A stretch of 64,000 nt of DNA, taken from NCBI GenBank assembly GCA_040357565.1, contig JBDODJ010000062.1, one strand, 5' to 3'. Below, in pieces: positions 12,279 through 28,142 of the stretch (within the stretch, counting starts at the first letter, position 1; each line of letters opens with the position of its first letter). A program made the position numbers and the translations under genes. Below the pieces are notes generated by a model. It searched no databases. It was not told where the DNA came from and was given only the letters and a program-made list of their open reading frames with translations. Source of the DNA: Cercozoa sp. M6MM (taxonomy: Eukaryota > Protista > Endomyxa: Ascetosporea).

Positions 12279-12852
12279 ATATCGGTAATGGAGTCGCGAA
12301 CTAACGGAGTCAAGTTTGTCGGCCGCCAGTGTAGGGGGGAGGGGGATAGTACAGTCTATGTACAGTACAGTTGGTACACACACACAGTGCTGCGGTATCG
12401 GCATGCTGCCCGCGTCGCGCAGAGCGCACGGTGTGCAGTCAAGTTGACGAAAAACCTACAGTACGCGGCAAGGTCGAGCGTCGTCTATCGTATCACGATC
12501 GATCTCGACTCTTATCAGTCGAACCAAGTCCTCCGCGGAACATGACCTCAGTTGTGTAGATTTACTGTAAAAAGCTACGTTAAAGTTGAATGGAGTTTGG
12601 TGATTCTGTCGGTCGGGTGTGCCATTCACAAAAACTGGTCCTGTCTGAGGTACTGTTGCCTTTAGATCGAGGAAGCTTGACTTCTTTCGTTTGACGTCGC
12701 TCGACTTGACTAATCTCGCACTACACTCGACTATAACCTGGCGGCAGAACGCAACGCGACGCGACGGTGGACTACGAACAAGTCGATCGAAGCTGAGAAA
12801 GTATCGTCCGTTGGCCAGTTCGTTCAGTTCGAATTCAGCGCAGTGCTGGCGG

Positions 12853-16309
<3,457 letters not shown>

Positions 16310-16555
16310 CCGCGCGAAAATTTGATTGCACTTGACGCCCGAGTTTTGAGCTCTTGACCTAACCAATGTGTGTTCAACACGTGCCTCACACGCGTGCGCA
16401 CAAACGGGTGTATGTATTCGCTAGGGTGACGGTGACGTTTTTAAACTTTTTAGTTTTTAAAGAGGGTTTTGTTTTGATTTAACCGTACAACGCAATACGG
16501 ATTTTCGTTCGGCAGCAGCTGCTGTTTTTTGGTCTTCTCGATACCGTCTCACGAT

Positions 16556-17763
16556 TTAAAGCGACGAAGCCGGCTGCGGCGTCGATCCTTGGTACTCGAC
16601 ACCGGCACATTCGCAACTTAAAACAAACAAAACAACAGTTCTCGGGCCGAAAACAGAACAGCTTAAAAGAATCTGGATACATTTGTTCCATGCGATCACT
16701 TCCAAAGAAGGGCACCTTGCCGCCACTGCAAAAATATTTTAGTTTCTTGAGGTTTTGGATGGGAAAGGGTCAAGAACACCTTTCAGTTGTCACAACAATC
16801 CAGGGAGCTCCAAATGCGCCCAGTTCAGATGCTTCATCCTGTTCGAAGGGACATGAGAACTCAAAGAATAGTCAGGAGAGAAGTTGAGGGTGGAATTTAC
16901 CGTGTTGGCACGCAACAAGTTCTTGACTGAGTCAGAGTTGGCCTTTTCTGTATCGAATATTCTCCACGTCAGTCGAATCAAGTCAAGTCAGTCAAGTCAA
17001 GTTCAGTTCAGTTCGCTGTACCCAGTAGAGTAGCAACCGTGTCCTCCGGCAGTGCACTCAGGATGGCTGGCAAGTCCTCCTGTCCACCAGCACAGAGTAA
17101 AAGCAGCTGAACAGGAAAAGTACGCTATCAAAAACAAAATCAACAGTTTCACAAGGCGACTTGTCACGCCACGTCCCGTACCACAGCAGGCGCGAAACCT
17201 CTGTTCGCACACTTATCTATACACAGAAAACTGGAAAGTTCCCGTACAATTGTACCCTCACACAAAGCAGGACCGCCGTGCTCGAGTGCTGCAGTCGCAA
17301 CACGCATCAAAGGCAGACTGCGAAACAACACTTGTGGCGAGTGCAGTCCCTTCAACGGCACCTTGAAGTGTTTGGCACCGCTTTAATTCGCACAAACACG
17401 ATCAGTCAGTGATCAGTCAGTCGGTTAGCAAAATACAAAGAAGTCTACCGTTGCAAATCCAGCATCATGTAGCGATTCTTGTACGGATTGAAACCGGGCG
17501 GTTTGTTGTTGGCGTTTTTCATTATTCCGCCCAGATACATCTAAGTTAAGCGGAGGTAACTAGCATAACACCGGATGATACAATACAGTCATCATATCAT
17601 ACAGGGCGCAGATGCAGATCAATCAGCTTCGCCTTTTGGTAGCGCAGAAGTGTCTCAAACGCGAGCCTAACAAACAGCCGTGCTACATCAAGTACCAACA
17701 ACACAGTTGTTCGTACCACGAATACGGTGACACGCAGTCATAGAAAACATCGATTCGGCGCAT
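16556..17763 (-). CDS. GSTK1: Glutathione S-transferase kappa (DsbA-like)
   Basis: MRRIDVFYDCVSPYSWLAFETLLRY..LRPMYLGGIMKNANNKPPG..GAFGAPWIVV..FFGSDRMEQI; ends -SSL. Confidence 0.9.
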
Positions 17764-18052
17764 GGTCCACTCTGTCTCAGGAAGCCAACTCCCAAAAATA
17801 ATACTGCACCGAAAATACAGTACAGTAAATCCTTCAGTACCGGACGGTAGTAAACTGACTTTACTAGCAATGTACACAGAATGTGCTCACGTTCGTGCCA
17901 ATACACTTGAGATTTGCTTCAAGTTGCTCTGCCGTCTAGATACGGGAGCAATGATCTCGCAGCTTGGCTTTTTAATTATCGCGAAACCTGTCTTTGGAGT
18001 AATTCGGTCTAAACAACTAACAGCGTACTTTTTTAGTTGGGACGGCATGCTC

Positions 18053-20564
18053 TCAGTTGGCAGGAAACACGAGTAATTGCGTATCGCGCGAGCCGAGGTT
18101 CGTGGTAGCGATCTCGGCCAGAGCGTCGTCGTTCGTGCGCACCTCGCCAACGGCAAAGTCACCGGACGGTGCGCGCGGAAAGGTGCGTGTCGGCACCAGT
18201 CGCATGTTGTGCAGCACGAAGCGTTTCTCGGCGTCGTCGTAGGCGATCGATAGTCGCATGATGCCTCCCGAGTCGCCGGACGTTCCCACTAACGCGACGC
18301 GCGCGGTGCACCTACCATATGGCATTTTAGGGTTGCTATGCCGTCACCGGTCAGTTTAGATTACTGCTGCTCGACACAAGCAGAGCCGAAGGACCAGCCG
18401 AAGTTGTCCAACGGAGCGCCAAACACTTGCGTGATTTCTTCGAGCGAGAATTTGACGGTTTTGGCGGCATCTCCGATCACACGGCCCTGCTGATCGAGAC
18501 GTGTGCCGATCAGCAGCAAGGAACCCTCACGGTAGTCGCCGGTCAATATCTCGGGTGCACCATCGCCGTCGAGATCACCTATCGTTACACATTCAGTACT
18601 GTCAGCACTAGTCGTTTGTACTCGAGGGATGAGTTTGTCGCTACCCAAGTAGGCACCGCCTTGGATACCAGCCCACTGGGTGCGTGCGATTGTGTCGTCG
18701 TAGTAGAGACCACCTCCAGGGTATTCGCCTGCCTCCTCAGTGTCGCGCAGGAAGCCCAGTACCAGTGTGCGCTCATTGTGCCTGTCGATGATTCTCTTGC
18801 CACTGCCGGACGCGTTGTTGTCGTAGAACACGAGTGCCACTCGGCCAGGGTAGCGCAACGACTCGTCGCAGTTCGGGTCGCAGGGTCGAATCGCAAAGCT
18901 CCCGAACACTGACACTGAGCCTCGGGGCGTTTCGTAGGTGTCGATGCGACGCGTTCCCAGCGAGTTCTCCCCGCGGGAGATAACTTGGACGGGCACTGTG
19001 CTCTCTCCTGCAGATGCTGACAGTGGAAACCTCTGTGTTCCTTTCACCTGTACACATCAAGAGTTGCCACCTGTAAACTTACTGCACAGTACACTATACT
19101 GTATTACTGTATGATTGGTGAAACTCACTTCGCCCGTGCCTTGTTTCAGGTAGAAGATGATGCCAATCGGTCCCTCCATGGGCCCTGCTCCAACCAGGTA
19201 TGCATGCAGTAGAGAGTTCACTCAGACGAGTAATAATAATGGACCTGTTCTTCCATCCGGCACAAACATCAACTCATTCAATCCGTCATTGTCCAGCTGC
19301 ACATCAAGTTTCAGTAGTATGTAAATTACTGTACCGTACCGTACAGAGCCAGCTATGCCAGTGAGGCAAAGTTTACATCTCGAAACACTCCGACGGTTAG
19401 AGGTATCTGTGAGCCAGAGACCACGCGTTCCTGTCGCGCCCACGCGTTCCTGTCGCGCCCACTCGGTCACCTCCACTCGGTCCTCCTGCGACACAGCGTA
19501 TTTACCAAGAACAGTTGAGTACAGTACCAGTACAGAAACGTTACCTCGACCTCAATTTTGTAGACAACGAGGTCTGTTCCACTCAAGCCTCCAAACAGCG
19601 CCACCTCGCTCAAGATTAGTTCATCAATGCCGTCGCCATCAACATCCAGTAGTGCTACGCCACCTGTGTGTACATATTTGTGTTACATACTAATATCATA
19701 GATAGCAGAAAGCATTAATACTGTGCGTACCGGTGGTGTTTTTCGTTCCCAACTGCCACTCGCGTACCAGCGACAGGTCGCCCTGCGGTATCCAAGCTGC
19801 GCATATATCCGACATTGCGCTTCTGTGTCAGTTTGTGTGACTCCCATCTCAGTTCTCTTTACGCGAGTTTGGGGACAAGCCGGCGCAGAAGCTTTCGTCA
19901 CACGCTCGCTCGCGCCTGTCGCAGGCAGCCTCCCCGCAGAACTCGCCTAAAGTTCACATCTCGATGTATGATACACTGATAAGATACTAGTGAGTACCGA
20001 CAGTACTGTATGGACACTATCCAAATGTTCTTATCTAATTGCTAGTGATTGATTATTACCGCGGACTTCATCACGCAACGGGTTGTACAAGTAGGTGCAA
20101 CGCGACAACTGCGTGCTGACGCAAGTTGATCCGCTTTCAAAAAACCAACGACATGACCTACGGTGTCAAAGTAAGTTGCAACAACTGAACTGAAGTACCT
20201 TCCTTGGTGCATGCCAAGGTGACACTTGGACCCGAACTGTGGCAACGGTTCAAAGTCCCACACGCACTGCGTGAGAGAGGGACACGCGCTCAACGGGCAC
20301 TCACTGCGTTTAGTTCATTGAATCGATTTTAGTTCAGTTTTTGCGATTAAAGATGACTAGCAATTAGAGAAGTACATTTGGATGGTGTCACTCGGGTTCA
20401 CCGGGTTGAAGCAGCGACGAGCGCATGCCGTTCTTAACTGAAAGATTGTGAAATCTGTCAGTTTTATTTTTCGGTTTCAGTTAACTTAAATTGTACTGTA
20501 CCCCATCAGGCACTGGCGAACAGCTATGCCAAAGCGAATACCCAACGGGGCACAAAGATGTCAT
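18053..20564 (-). CDS. FG-GAP/integrin-alpha-like repeat protein with a Cys-rich N-terminal region; both ends uncertain
   Basis: Ca-binding-type motifs LLDVDGDGIDELI, FRD|LDNDGLNELM and IGDLDGDGAPEILTG, plus DNFGWSF. Upstream exons are Cys-rich (ECPLSACPSLTQC, FCGEAACD..CDESFC). Confidence 0.6.
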
Positions 20565-20992
20565 CCAGTTGCTCTAACGTCCAGTTCACTTTGAATTGCG
20601 GTCCCGGTTCAGTCAGATGGCTGAAATGCAAAGTGTCAAGGCACCCCAGGTGACGCCGGGGGAACCGAAACCTTAGTTTTCGGGCTTTGAATCCAAACTG
20701 AAACCGTGACCGTTGCGGGCTTCATACGATATGTGTGTTACAGACTGACTTAGATTAGGCAGTCTCCGCGTGCGTGGATGAACCTAGGCTGACCATTTGT
20801 CTCCAATATTGAAGGCATTGAAGGCTTGAAGCAAAAAAGAAGCATCTTCATGTTTTAGCTTCCGTTCGGTCGACCGGCACTAGTCAAAGCGTAAAACACC
20901 ACGTGCGGTTACCATATATACGGGTGGCACCGATGCTTAACAGTTAATCATAACGTAAAATGCAACCTGAGCGACGGCAAATCGAGACGTAA

Positions 20993-21111
20993 TCATACGA
21001 AGAAGGCAAAGTAGGTCATGAGCAGCAGCACGGCCATCAACACGAAGATCAGGCAAATGTATTTGCGACTGCGCGTGCCTGTTTGGCCACACGGAGTAGG
21101 TACAGCATGCA

Positions 21112-21152
<41 letters not shown>

Positions 21153-21254
21153 NNNNNNNNNNNNNNNNNNNNNNNNNNNNNNNNNNNNNNNNNNNNNNNN
21201 NNNNNNNNNNNNNNNNNNNNNNNNNNNNNNNNNNNNNNNNNNNNNNNNNNNNCT

Positions 21255-21285
<31 letters not shown>

Positions 21286-22586
21286 ACACACTCACACACA
21301 CACACACACAATCGACCAAGCGACAAGCAGCGGGGGGGGGGGGGGTACCCAGGATCTTGTGCATCATCTGCATGGCATGCTCCATGCGCGCACTCACCTG
21401 AACGACGGAACACACAGACTCGCCGTTGATACACTAGAAAACAACTGCACAACACACCTCATCAGCACGGTCCTCGATTTCGCCGAGCAGTTCGTTGTGC
21501 TCCTACCTCACACAACGAAATCCAAAGAAAAGACAAGAGTTTATAGGGTAAAAGGGTAGAACGAAGGGCTAAAGTAGTGCGATACAGTTAGCTCTTGGTT
21601 CATGTCGTCGGTCATAACGCCCAGTCGCTGCAACGAGGCCAACATGTCGTCCATCACCTCGTCCTGCTCGGCACGCGTCTCCTCCTGCGGCGGCGAGGGG
21701 AGGGGTAGGATGGATACTGGAGGGGGTGGGGGGTGGGTAAAGTTACAAGCTGCTGCTGCTGCTGCGTGACAAAGTCGACATTGTGCCGGTCCACTTCTTG
21801 TTGAACAGTGTCGCGTGCTCTATCGACCCGTCGCGCCTGCCGGGGCTCAATGAATGGTGAAAGAGGGGGAGAGATGGAAGGAGCAAACGGTACCGACTGC
21901 TCGTCGCGTCGCTCTTTCTGCGTCGTTTCGTGCGAGCGCAGCTGCTCGCGACACTGACGAAACGCAACAACTGTTCGAAAGAGCACACACAACATATGGC
22001 AACAAGGCATACCTCACTCACGATGCCATGTGCTTCCGCAGCGAATGCACTGAAACAACCAGTTTCACAACTTAAGAACAGAACAAACGAAAGCTACCGC
22101 CGTCGGTCAAGTTCGCCGTCGTCAATGTGCACAAAGCGTGCTCTGTCAGCTACAAAAAACAGGATAATGCCGAAACCAGCAGGACAGAAACGAACCTTCA
22201 ACAGCTGCAACTGCATTTTGCGCTGACTTGACGCGTTTTTCGACTTTTTTAAGCGTCGCCGTGGCCTGCAAACCCAGCAACACGGTCGCTCAATCAGTCA
22301 ACACAAAATGCGGAGAAACGCAGCTCTACCTGATGCTTCAAGCGCTCATACCTCTCGTTCCTGCAGACAGCATCGATGAAATCACACCAAAACTCTCAAA
22401 ACAACCTCCTACCGGTACGTGTTCTCTGAATCGCGCACCTTCCTGTTCAATTTGGCACAAAGCAGATACAGTGACTCCGAATCCCAAAAGAGCAAAAACG
22501 AACCGCCACAGCGCGACATCGTCTTGCAAACGACCCAAGGCCTGCTGGATCTTTCGCTGGAGGAGGAAGAATGGGTCGTTGTCCAT
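20993..22586 (-). CDS. STX6: Qc-SNARE of the syntaxin-6/10/SYP61 family (contains an N gap in an intron)
   Basis: N-terminal MDNDPFFLLQRKIQQAL, SNARE motif EQDEVMDDMLASLQRLGVMTDDMNQEL..EEHNELLGEIE, and C-terminal TM YICLIFVLMAVLLLMTYFAFFV*. Confidence 0.85.
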
Positions 22587-23173
22587 CTTTCAAGCCACTC
22601 GTGACAAGAAAACAATTAGTGGCTTAGCAACGCAACTCGTGTGCGCACAGGGTATCTTTTGCTGCACTGCCACGCCCAGATACACCTGATCTGTGCCTGA
22701 GCCTGCCTGATCGACTTGAAAAATACAAAATCACCAGCTGCCAGAGACATCACCAACCATTTTTGTTGTGAAGTTACGCGTGTTTCGCGAAGTAAATGAG
22801 TTGTGAGCCGCTGCACCGTGGAAGCCTCCGGGCGAGCTCGACACCGCCGGGGGCATCGGCACCGACGCTGCATTGCAAGCCGATGGAGTCATGGACGACC
22901 GCGAGAAGGTGTCTGTGTTACCTTGAGAGTTTGATGATATTGATATTGACGATTCACTGTTGCGGCAAAGAAACATGTGACTTTACTGGTAAAACTACCT
23001 GTAAAGTTACATGTAATTTTACATGAAACTTTACTTGTAAACATACCTCACGAATTTGCCACTTTTCGCCTCGCCAATCGAATTGCCATGGAATGTAATG
23101 TAATTTACGGCAAAGAAAACAAACAAAACTACGCTACGACAGTACTAGTATCTCTCAGTCTGGACACAATATT

Positions 23174-25351
23174 TTAGCTCGCGTGGGCGGCGATCTCAGC
23201 CTGCTTCTCGGCCAAGAAGCGAGCGGCCTTGCTGGCCTGTCTCAAATGTACGTGGTATAGATGTGTACATAGTGTAAGTACATAGATATATATACATATA
23301 TATATACCGGCATGAACTTGGCAGCCTCGTGCATCTGCTTCTCGAGGATGAAGATGGTGCCCTCGGCGTTGCCGGGCATGGCCTTGACCTCTTCCAAGTA
23401 GGCCTCGGCCTCCTTGAGCTCGTTCTGCGCCGCCTCGAGCTTAGCCGCGGCCTCGGCTGCCGCCTGTCGGGGGTAGGGGTAGGGGGTAGGGGTAGAGTAG
23501 AGTAGGGTAGGGGTAAAACAAGAGTACCGCCTTGGCAGCACTGGCGGCTTCCTCAGCAGCAGCAGCGGCAGCAGCAGATCTACATGTTGGGGGTAAAGGA
23601 GTGGGAGCGAGGTAGGGTAAGAAACGTACTGCTTGGCAGCAGCGGCCGATTTGGCAGCGGCAGCGCCAGCCGCTTGCGCCGTCGAGCGTGCCTACAGAAA
23701 CGAGATACTTACCCCCCCCCCCCCACCCCCAGTGTATAGAGACATACGTTATCGGCAGCGTCGGAGGCGATCTTGGTCACCTTGCGCTGTCGCTTGAGTG
23801 CCGATTCTTGAGTGATCTTGGCGCGACGCAGCGGCAGCGGGTCCTCGCTCTTGACCTAGAGGGAGAGGGGTAAAGGAGGGGTGTGAGGGGGGGGGGGGTA
23901 ACTACCTGAGCCAGCTCGGCAGCCGCACGATTGCGAGTCACGATGCCAATGCTCTATGAGGGGGGGGGGGGGGGCAACGGGGCTCGAGTGCGGGGGGGGG
24001 GGCAAGATTACCGAGTCGGTGCTCTTGGCCTCAAGCTCGGCGATCTTGCCGTTGTAGGCATCCTCCTCGGCCTTGAGTGCATCCACGGCCTGCTGCACCT
24101 CGGCTTCGGCCGCCTTGGCAACGTCCTCGGCCGCCTGGGACAGAAGGGTAAAGGGAAGGGTAAAGAGTAGGGGGAGGGTAGGATAGGAGGGATATGGTAG
24201 GGTAGGGTAGGAGAGGTAGGGGTAGGAGGGTAAAAACCTGAGCCTCGTCGGCGGCCGCCTTGGCAACAGCTTCGGCCGCCGACGCTTTCTCGGCCTCCTC
24301 GGCCGCCGCCGCGGCTTCGGCGCGCGCCTCCTTGGCTGAGGGGAGTAAGGGGGTAAGGGGGTAAGGGATTAAGGGCGGGGCTAAACAGTCCTACCCTTCT
24401 CAACAGCGAAGAGCTCGGCCTCCACCGACGCCTTGCGTGCCTGCGAGGCCACCGCGAAAGCTGCGTCGCAAACAAGGTTGTTTATCCGTCGGTACTACCT
24501 CTCTGAGATAGTAGGACAGGCAGTACCTTCTTGCACCTTCTTGAGACGAGTCTCGGCCTCCTATGGGAAGGGATACAAAGCTAGGGCAGGGGGGTTAAAA
24601 GAGGGAGGGTAAACGCACCTGCAGAGCAGCGCCGTTGCTCGACTGCGGTCGCGTCACCAGCGCCGTCACGTCCTAGGGGGAAGGGGTAAATGGGGGTAGG
24701 GGGCTAACATGTGCAAGCCTACCAGGTTGTAACGGAACACAAGGAATTCAACGAGCGCCATTTTGCCATTGAAGTCGAGATCAATCTCACGCAGCCTACG
24801 GGGGGGGGGGGGGGGGCTAAAGAAGGCAGGAGGTGAAAGAGCGCTAAATTGATCGAACGCACTTCTTGCGCAGCGCGAGCACCGTGATGGCACCGTCGGT
24901 TTGTTCCAAGAATCGGTGCGACTCAAACTCGTCAAGCTCCTGCCCAATTGTTAAAGATCTAGAATAGCAAACGGAACAAACCACTCAGTAGCACCAAAAA
25001 CTTACGTTGCCATCCTCGGCAGCATCGTCAAGCTCAACGAACTTCTCAGCGTAGCCATAAACTGCACCAAGATTCAAACAAATACAAAAAAAGCAAAACG
25101 CCAACAAACAACTGCAACTGAACTCTTAAAGAACAACCTCAAGTCAAGTCAACTCACCGCTATCGGCCTCCTCGGCAAGGCCGTCGTTCCAGAAGGCATT
25201 GAGAACCCACTTGGCCTGGTCCCAGTGGTTCTTGGCCACTGCGCAGGACGGTAAAGGGGTTTTCCCTTGCGAGGGTAAGGGCAAAAGCACAAGGCAAAAA
25301 CGCACCGATGTCGGCAAAGCCGTTCTTCAGCTCGTCGGTCAGCTTCGACAT
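23174..25351 (-). CDS. ABP34-like calcium-regulated actin-bundling protein (EF-hand) with Ala-rich helical inserts; 16 exons
   Basis: Motifs AKNHWDQAKWVLNAFW, LREIDLDFNGKMALVEFL, GIVTRNRAAAELAQVKSEDPLPLRRAKITQE and GTIFILEKQMHEAAKFMP parallel the Dictyostelium 34-kDa bundler family. Confidence 0.75.
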
Positions 25352-25874
25352 GTTTTGTTTTCGCTCGTTTTTGTGCACGCCCAAAAGGAGGGAAACCCTG
25401 CAAAAAGGGGAACTCGTATCCATCACACGCACCTCCGGCCAGAACGAGTCCCAATACCTGACCCTTACCTAGTGGTTGCTCAAACAAGGTGCAGCAAACT
25501 AATTTTAGACGATGCTGTGACGTTTTTTGAAAAACACGCACACGCGCGCACGGTTTTACCGATGGAATCAAGTGGACCTCGTTTTGGACAGATTTTCGAC
25601 TCATACTCGTCGTGCCAAGCACAGTGAGACTGGCGACTGACGTCTCCGCGAGTGTCAGTAGGTAGCTGTTGTTTACGCTGGTATGGCATTTTGGCCCGTT
25701 CGATGTTACTTTGTTTTCTTCTTTTTGGCTTGGCCTGAAGTGCCCCCAGCGGGATTGCTTGGAGTGCTGGCAGTGGGTTAGGGTTCATTTCGAGTGTTAC
25801 ACACTGTGAAGCGTGTTATGTCGTGTCTCTGGGGCCAATTGTTTTTTTTTCGTTCTTCAGTAGAAAACGACAAG

Positions 25875-26493
25875 ATGCCGCCAAGAAAGGTCTCCAAGAA
25901 GATCCTCCTGCCGAGTACGCTTCCCGTTTTGTCAATTGTCTTGTGTATGTGTGAGCGTCTGAGGGAATGCCTGTTCTGAATTGCAGTCTACGCGCTGTTC
26001 AAGTTCTTGCAAACGGAATCACATGTAGCTTTTAGTTTTTCGCAAGATCCTTCCGGGATTTAGAAAGCAAGCATCCACGAGTGTTGTTGCAGGTGCAAGT
26101 AATGCTGTACGAAAACACGGACATGCGTCTTGAGGGCACTCTTTCGGTACGAAATTTTGCTGCTGATACGGAGTGTGTCGTCGCTAGCTAGTATGGGTGT
26201 TTTATTGTAGGGCCTGGACGAGTTCATGAACATTGTGCTGTCGGACGCCGTGGAGATCTCGCTCAAGCACGAGACGCGCACGCCTGTTGGGTACACCTAA
26301 CTCTTAGGTTTGTTGAACGTGTGCTGCCGTTAATTTGTACCTTGTATCTGTGTGCAGCAAGGTGCTGCTCAAGGGTGACAACATCACGGTATGTCCTTCT
26401 GTGCGATTGCTTAATTTAGTGTCACCAAATCACTGTTTTCTTCTTATTTAGAGCATCTTCCGCATCAAGGCTCCAGGCGCTGGCGAGTCGTAG
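25875..26493 (+). CDS. SNRPE: Small nuclear ribonucleoprotein E (SmE); 5 introns
   Basis: Splices to MPPRKVSKKILLPIYALFKFLQ..VQVMLYENTDMRLEGTLSGLDEFMNIVLSDAVEI..GKVLLKGDNIT. Confidence 0.95.
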
Positions 26494-26516
26494 ATTCGGG
26501 AAAAGCCGGCTTCCGT

Positions 26517-28142
26517 TCACTTCACGTCAAGTTCACTTGAGCCCAAACGGACGCGAACCCTAGTCGTGATCTTACGCAACGTACTATATACCCTTGAAAC
26601 ACATGGGTAGGACGTAATCCATCCGATCGGTTTCCATCCGTCAGATAAATATCGTGAAGTGCTTGACTCACAAGCAGGCCTACTCGGTCTCCGAGTCGGC
26701 CGTCTGTGCAAAGGCCGGGTCCTCGTCGCGCAGAGCGCGCGTGTAGTGCTGCGATGACGGCCGCAGCGGCGCGCGCACGTCGAAGAAGGACTTGTCGTCC
26801 AGCACGTCGGACAGCACGCCCTTGGACTCGATGCCAAAGTGCGCAAAGAACTCTTCCTGCCCACACACATGTCAGTGATATCCTGGCCAGTACATGACAA
26901 GAAAGCACCCTCGTGCAGTCCGGGTTGGCCTCGCGGAAGGCAATCATTTCCTACAGACATTATCATAGGAAACAAACACACGGCGGGGGAGGGGGTTCAG
27001 ACATCTTTGGTACCTTTGCATCAGCGTCCGTGATGTGCTCATCGTCATCATACACGAGGTGCCACTTCTCGTCCAAGCTGTCGAATGCCTGTACAGGGGG
27101 GGGGGGTAAACTAAGCCAGGGGGTCGGGGCTAAGGAAAGACTGTACAGTCTGCAAGGCGATCGGGTTCACCAGCGGTCGCACATGCGTCTCTTGGTATGC
27201 CTGTGACACACACTCATGAGTACACCAGTAGCAACTCGAGAAAGACGGAAATACCTCTGCAGCGGCCTCCTCGAGCGTTCGCTGCTGCCGCAAAAGCTTC
27301 ACGGCCTCACGCACGCGCTGCAGAAAGAAAATACAGAAAAACTGAAACAAAAAAAACACAACAGTCACCTGCAACGGCATCGTGCGCTTATCCAAAATCG
27401 CGATGAGTTCTTGCTTCTCCACGTGCATCTGAGCAAGCCAATCAACGGAGATCACAAAGACAAGAACAGACAGGGCTGGGGTATACCTCCTTGAGAATGT
27501 GCGCCAGGTTCGGTAGTCCATGGTCGCGATCTTCCTCGGGCTTCTGCTCCACCTTGCCTGTGCACAATTAAGGGTGCACTTTATTAAAAGAGCACTTTGT
27601 TAAAGGTGCACGTTATGAAAAGGTACCGAAAGCATCGATCGTGTACGGTGCCTCCAATCTCGGGTCCACGTAGGCCTTCATCTGCGATGATGCACAAGAG
27701 TAGAACAGTCAAAAAAGACATGAGTAATCAATTTCTACCGGCGACTCATCCAAGTCCTCCGGAATGTTGAAATTCGTCCACTTTTCGACCTACGCCAGAA
27801 TACCGATTCTTGTAGCTGGCAACTCCCAAGTCACACAAACAAGACCGATGAAGTACCTTCTCCTTGTCGAGGACAAAGTGGCCGTTTCGCGTCCAGTGAC
27901 CTGACAACCGCTCACATATCGCGCCTGTGGTAGACACATTGCAAGCAAAATTTACCGAGCTTCGATGCTGGCGCACCGCGGCCCTTGTAGAAGTTCTTGT
28001 TGCTGCAACAGTCGCAAATGAAACATCAGATTCTACTTTTTATGGTTTGATTGCCAGGATAATTGATCAAACACAACACAAAATTGCTGCACTAAGCTGC
28101 CACTCGTACACACGAACACGCGAAAAACAAGCAGTACGCCAT
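26517..28142 (-). CDS. MRPL41: Mitochondrial ribosomal protein mL41-like with a long C-terminal extension
   Basis: MANKNFYKGRGAPASKLGHWTRNGHFVLDKEK..IPEDL..MKAYVD matches the mL41 motif NKNFYKGRG..G.H...G..LKPYV. The stop could alternatively be at ~26680. Confidence 0.7.

Noticed and set aside
12288-12545. Short ORFs between the STPG-like gene and RIOX1; also 22796-23026
   Set aside because: No recognisable motifs or consistent splice structure.
23174-26493. Introner-like family of near-identical introns
   Set aside because: Introns share low-complexity motifs, but I saw no pair with extended sequence identity, terminal inverted repeats or target-site duplications.
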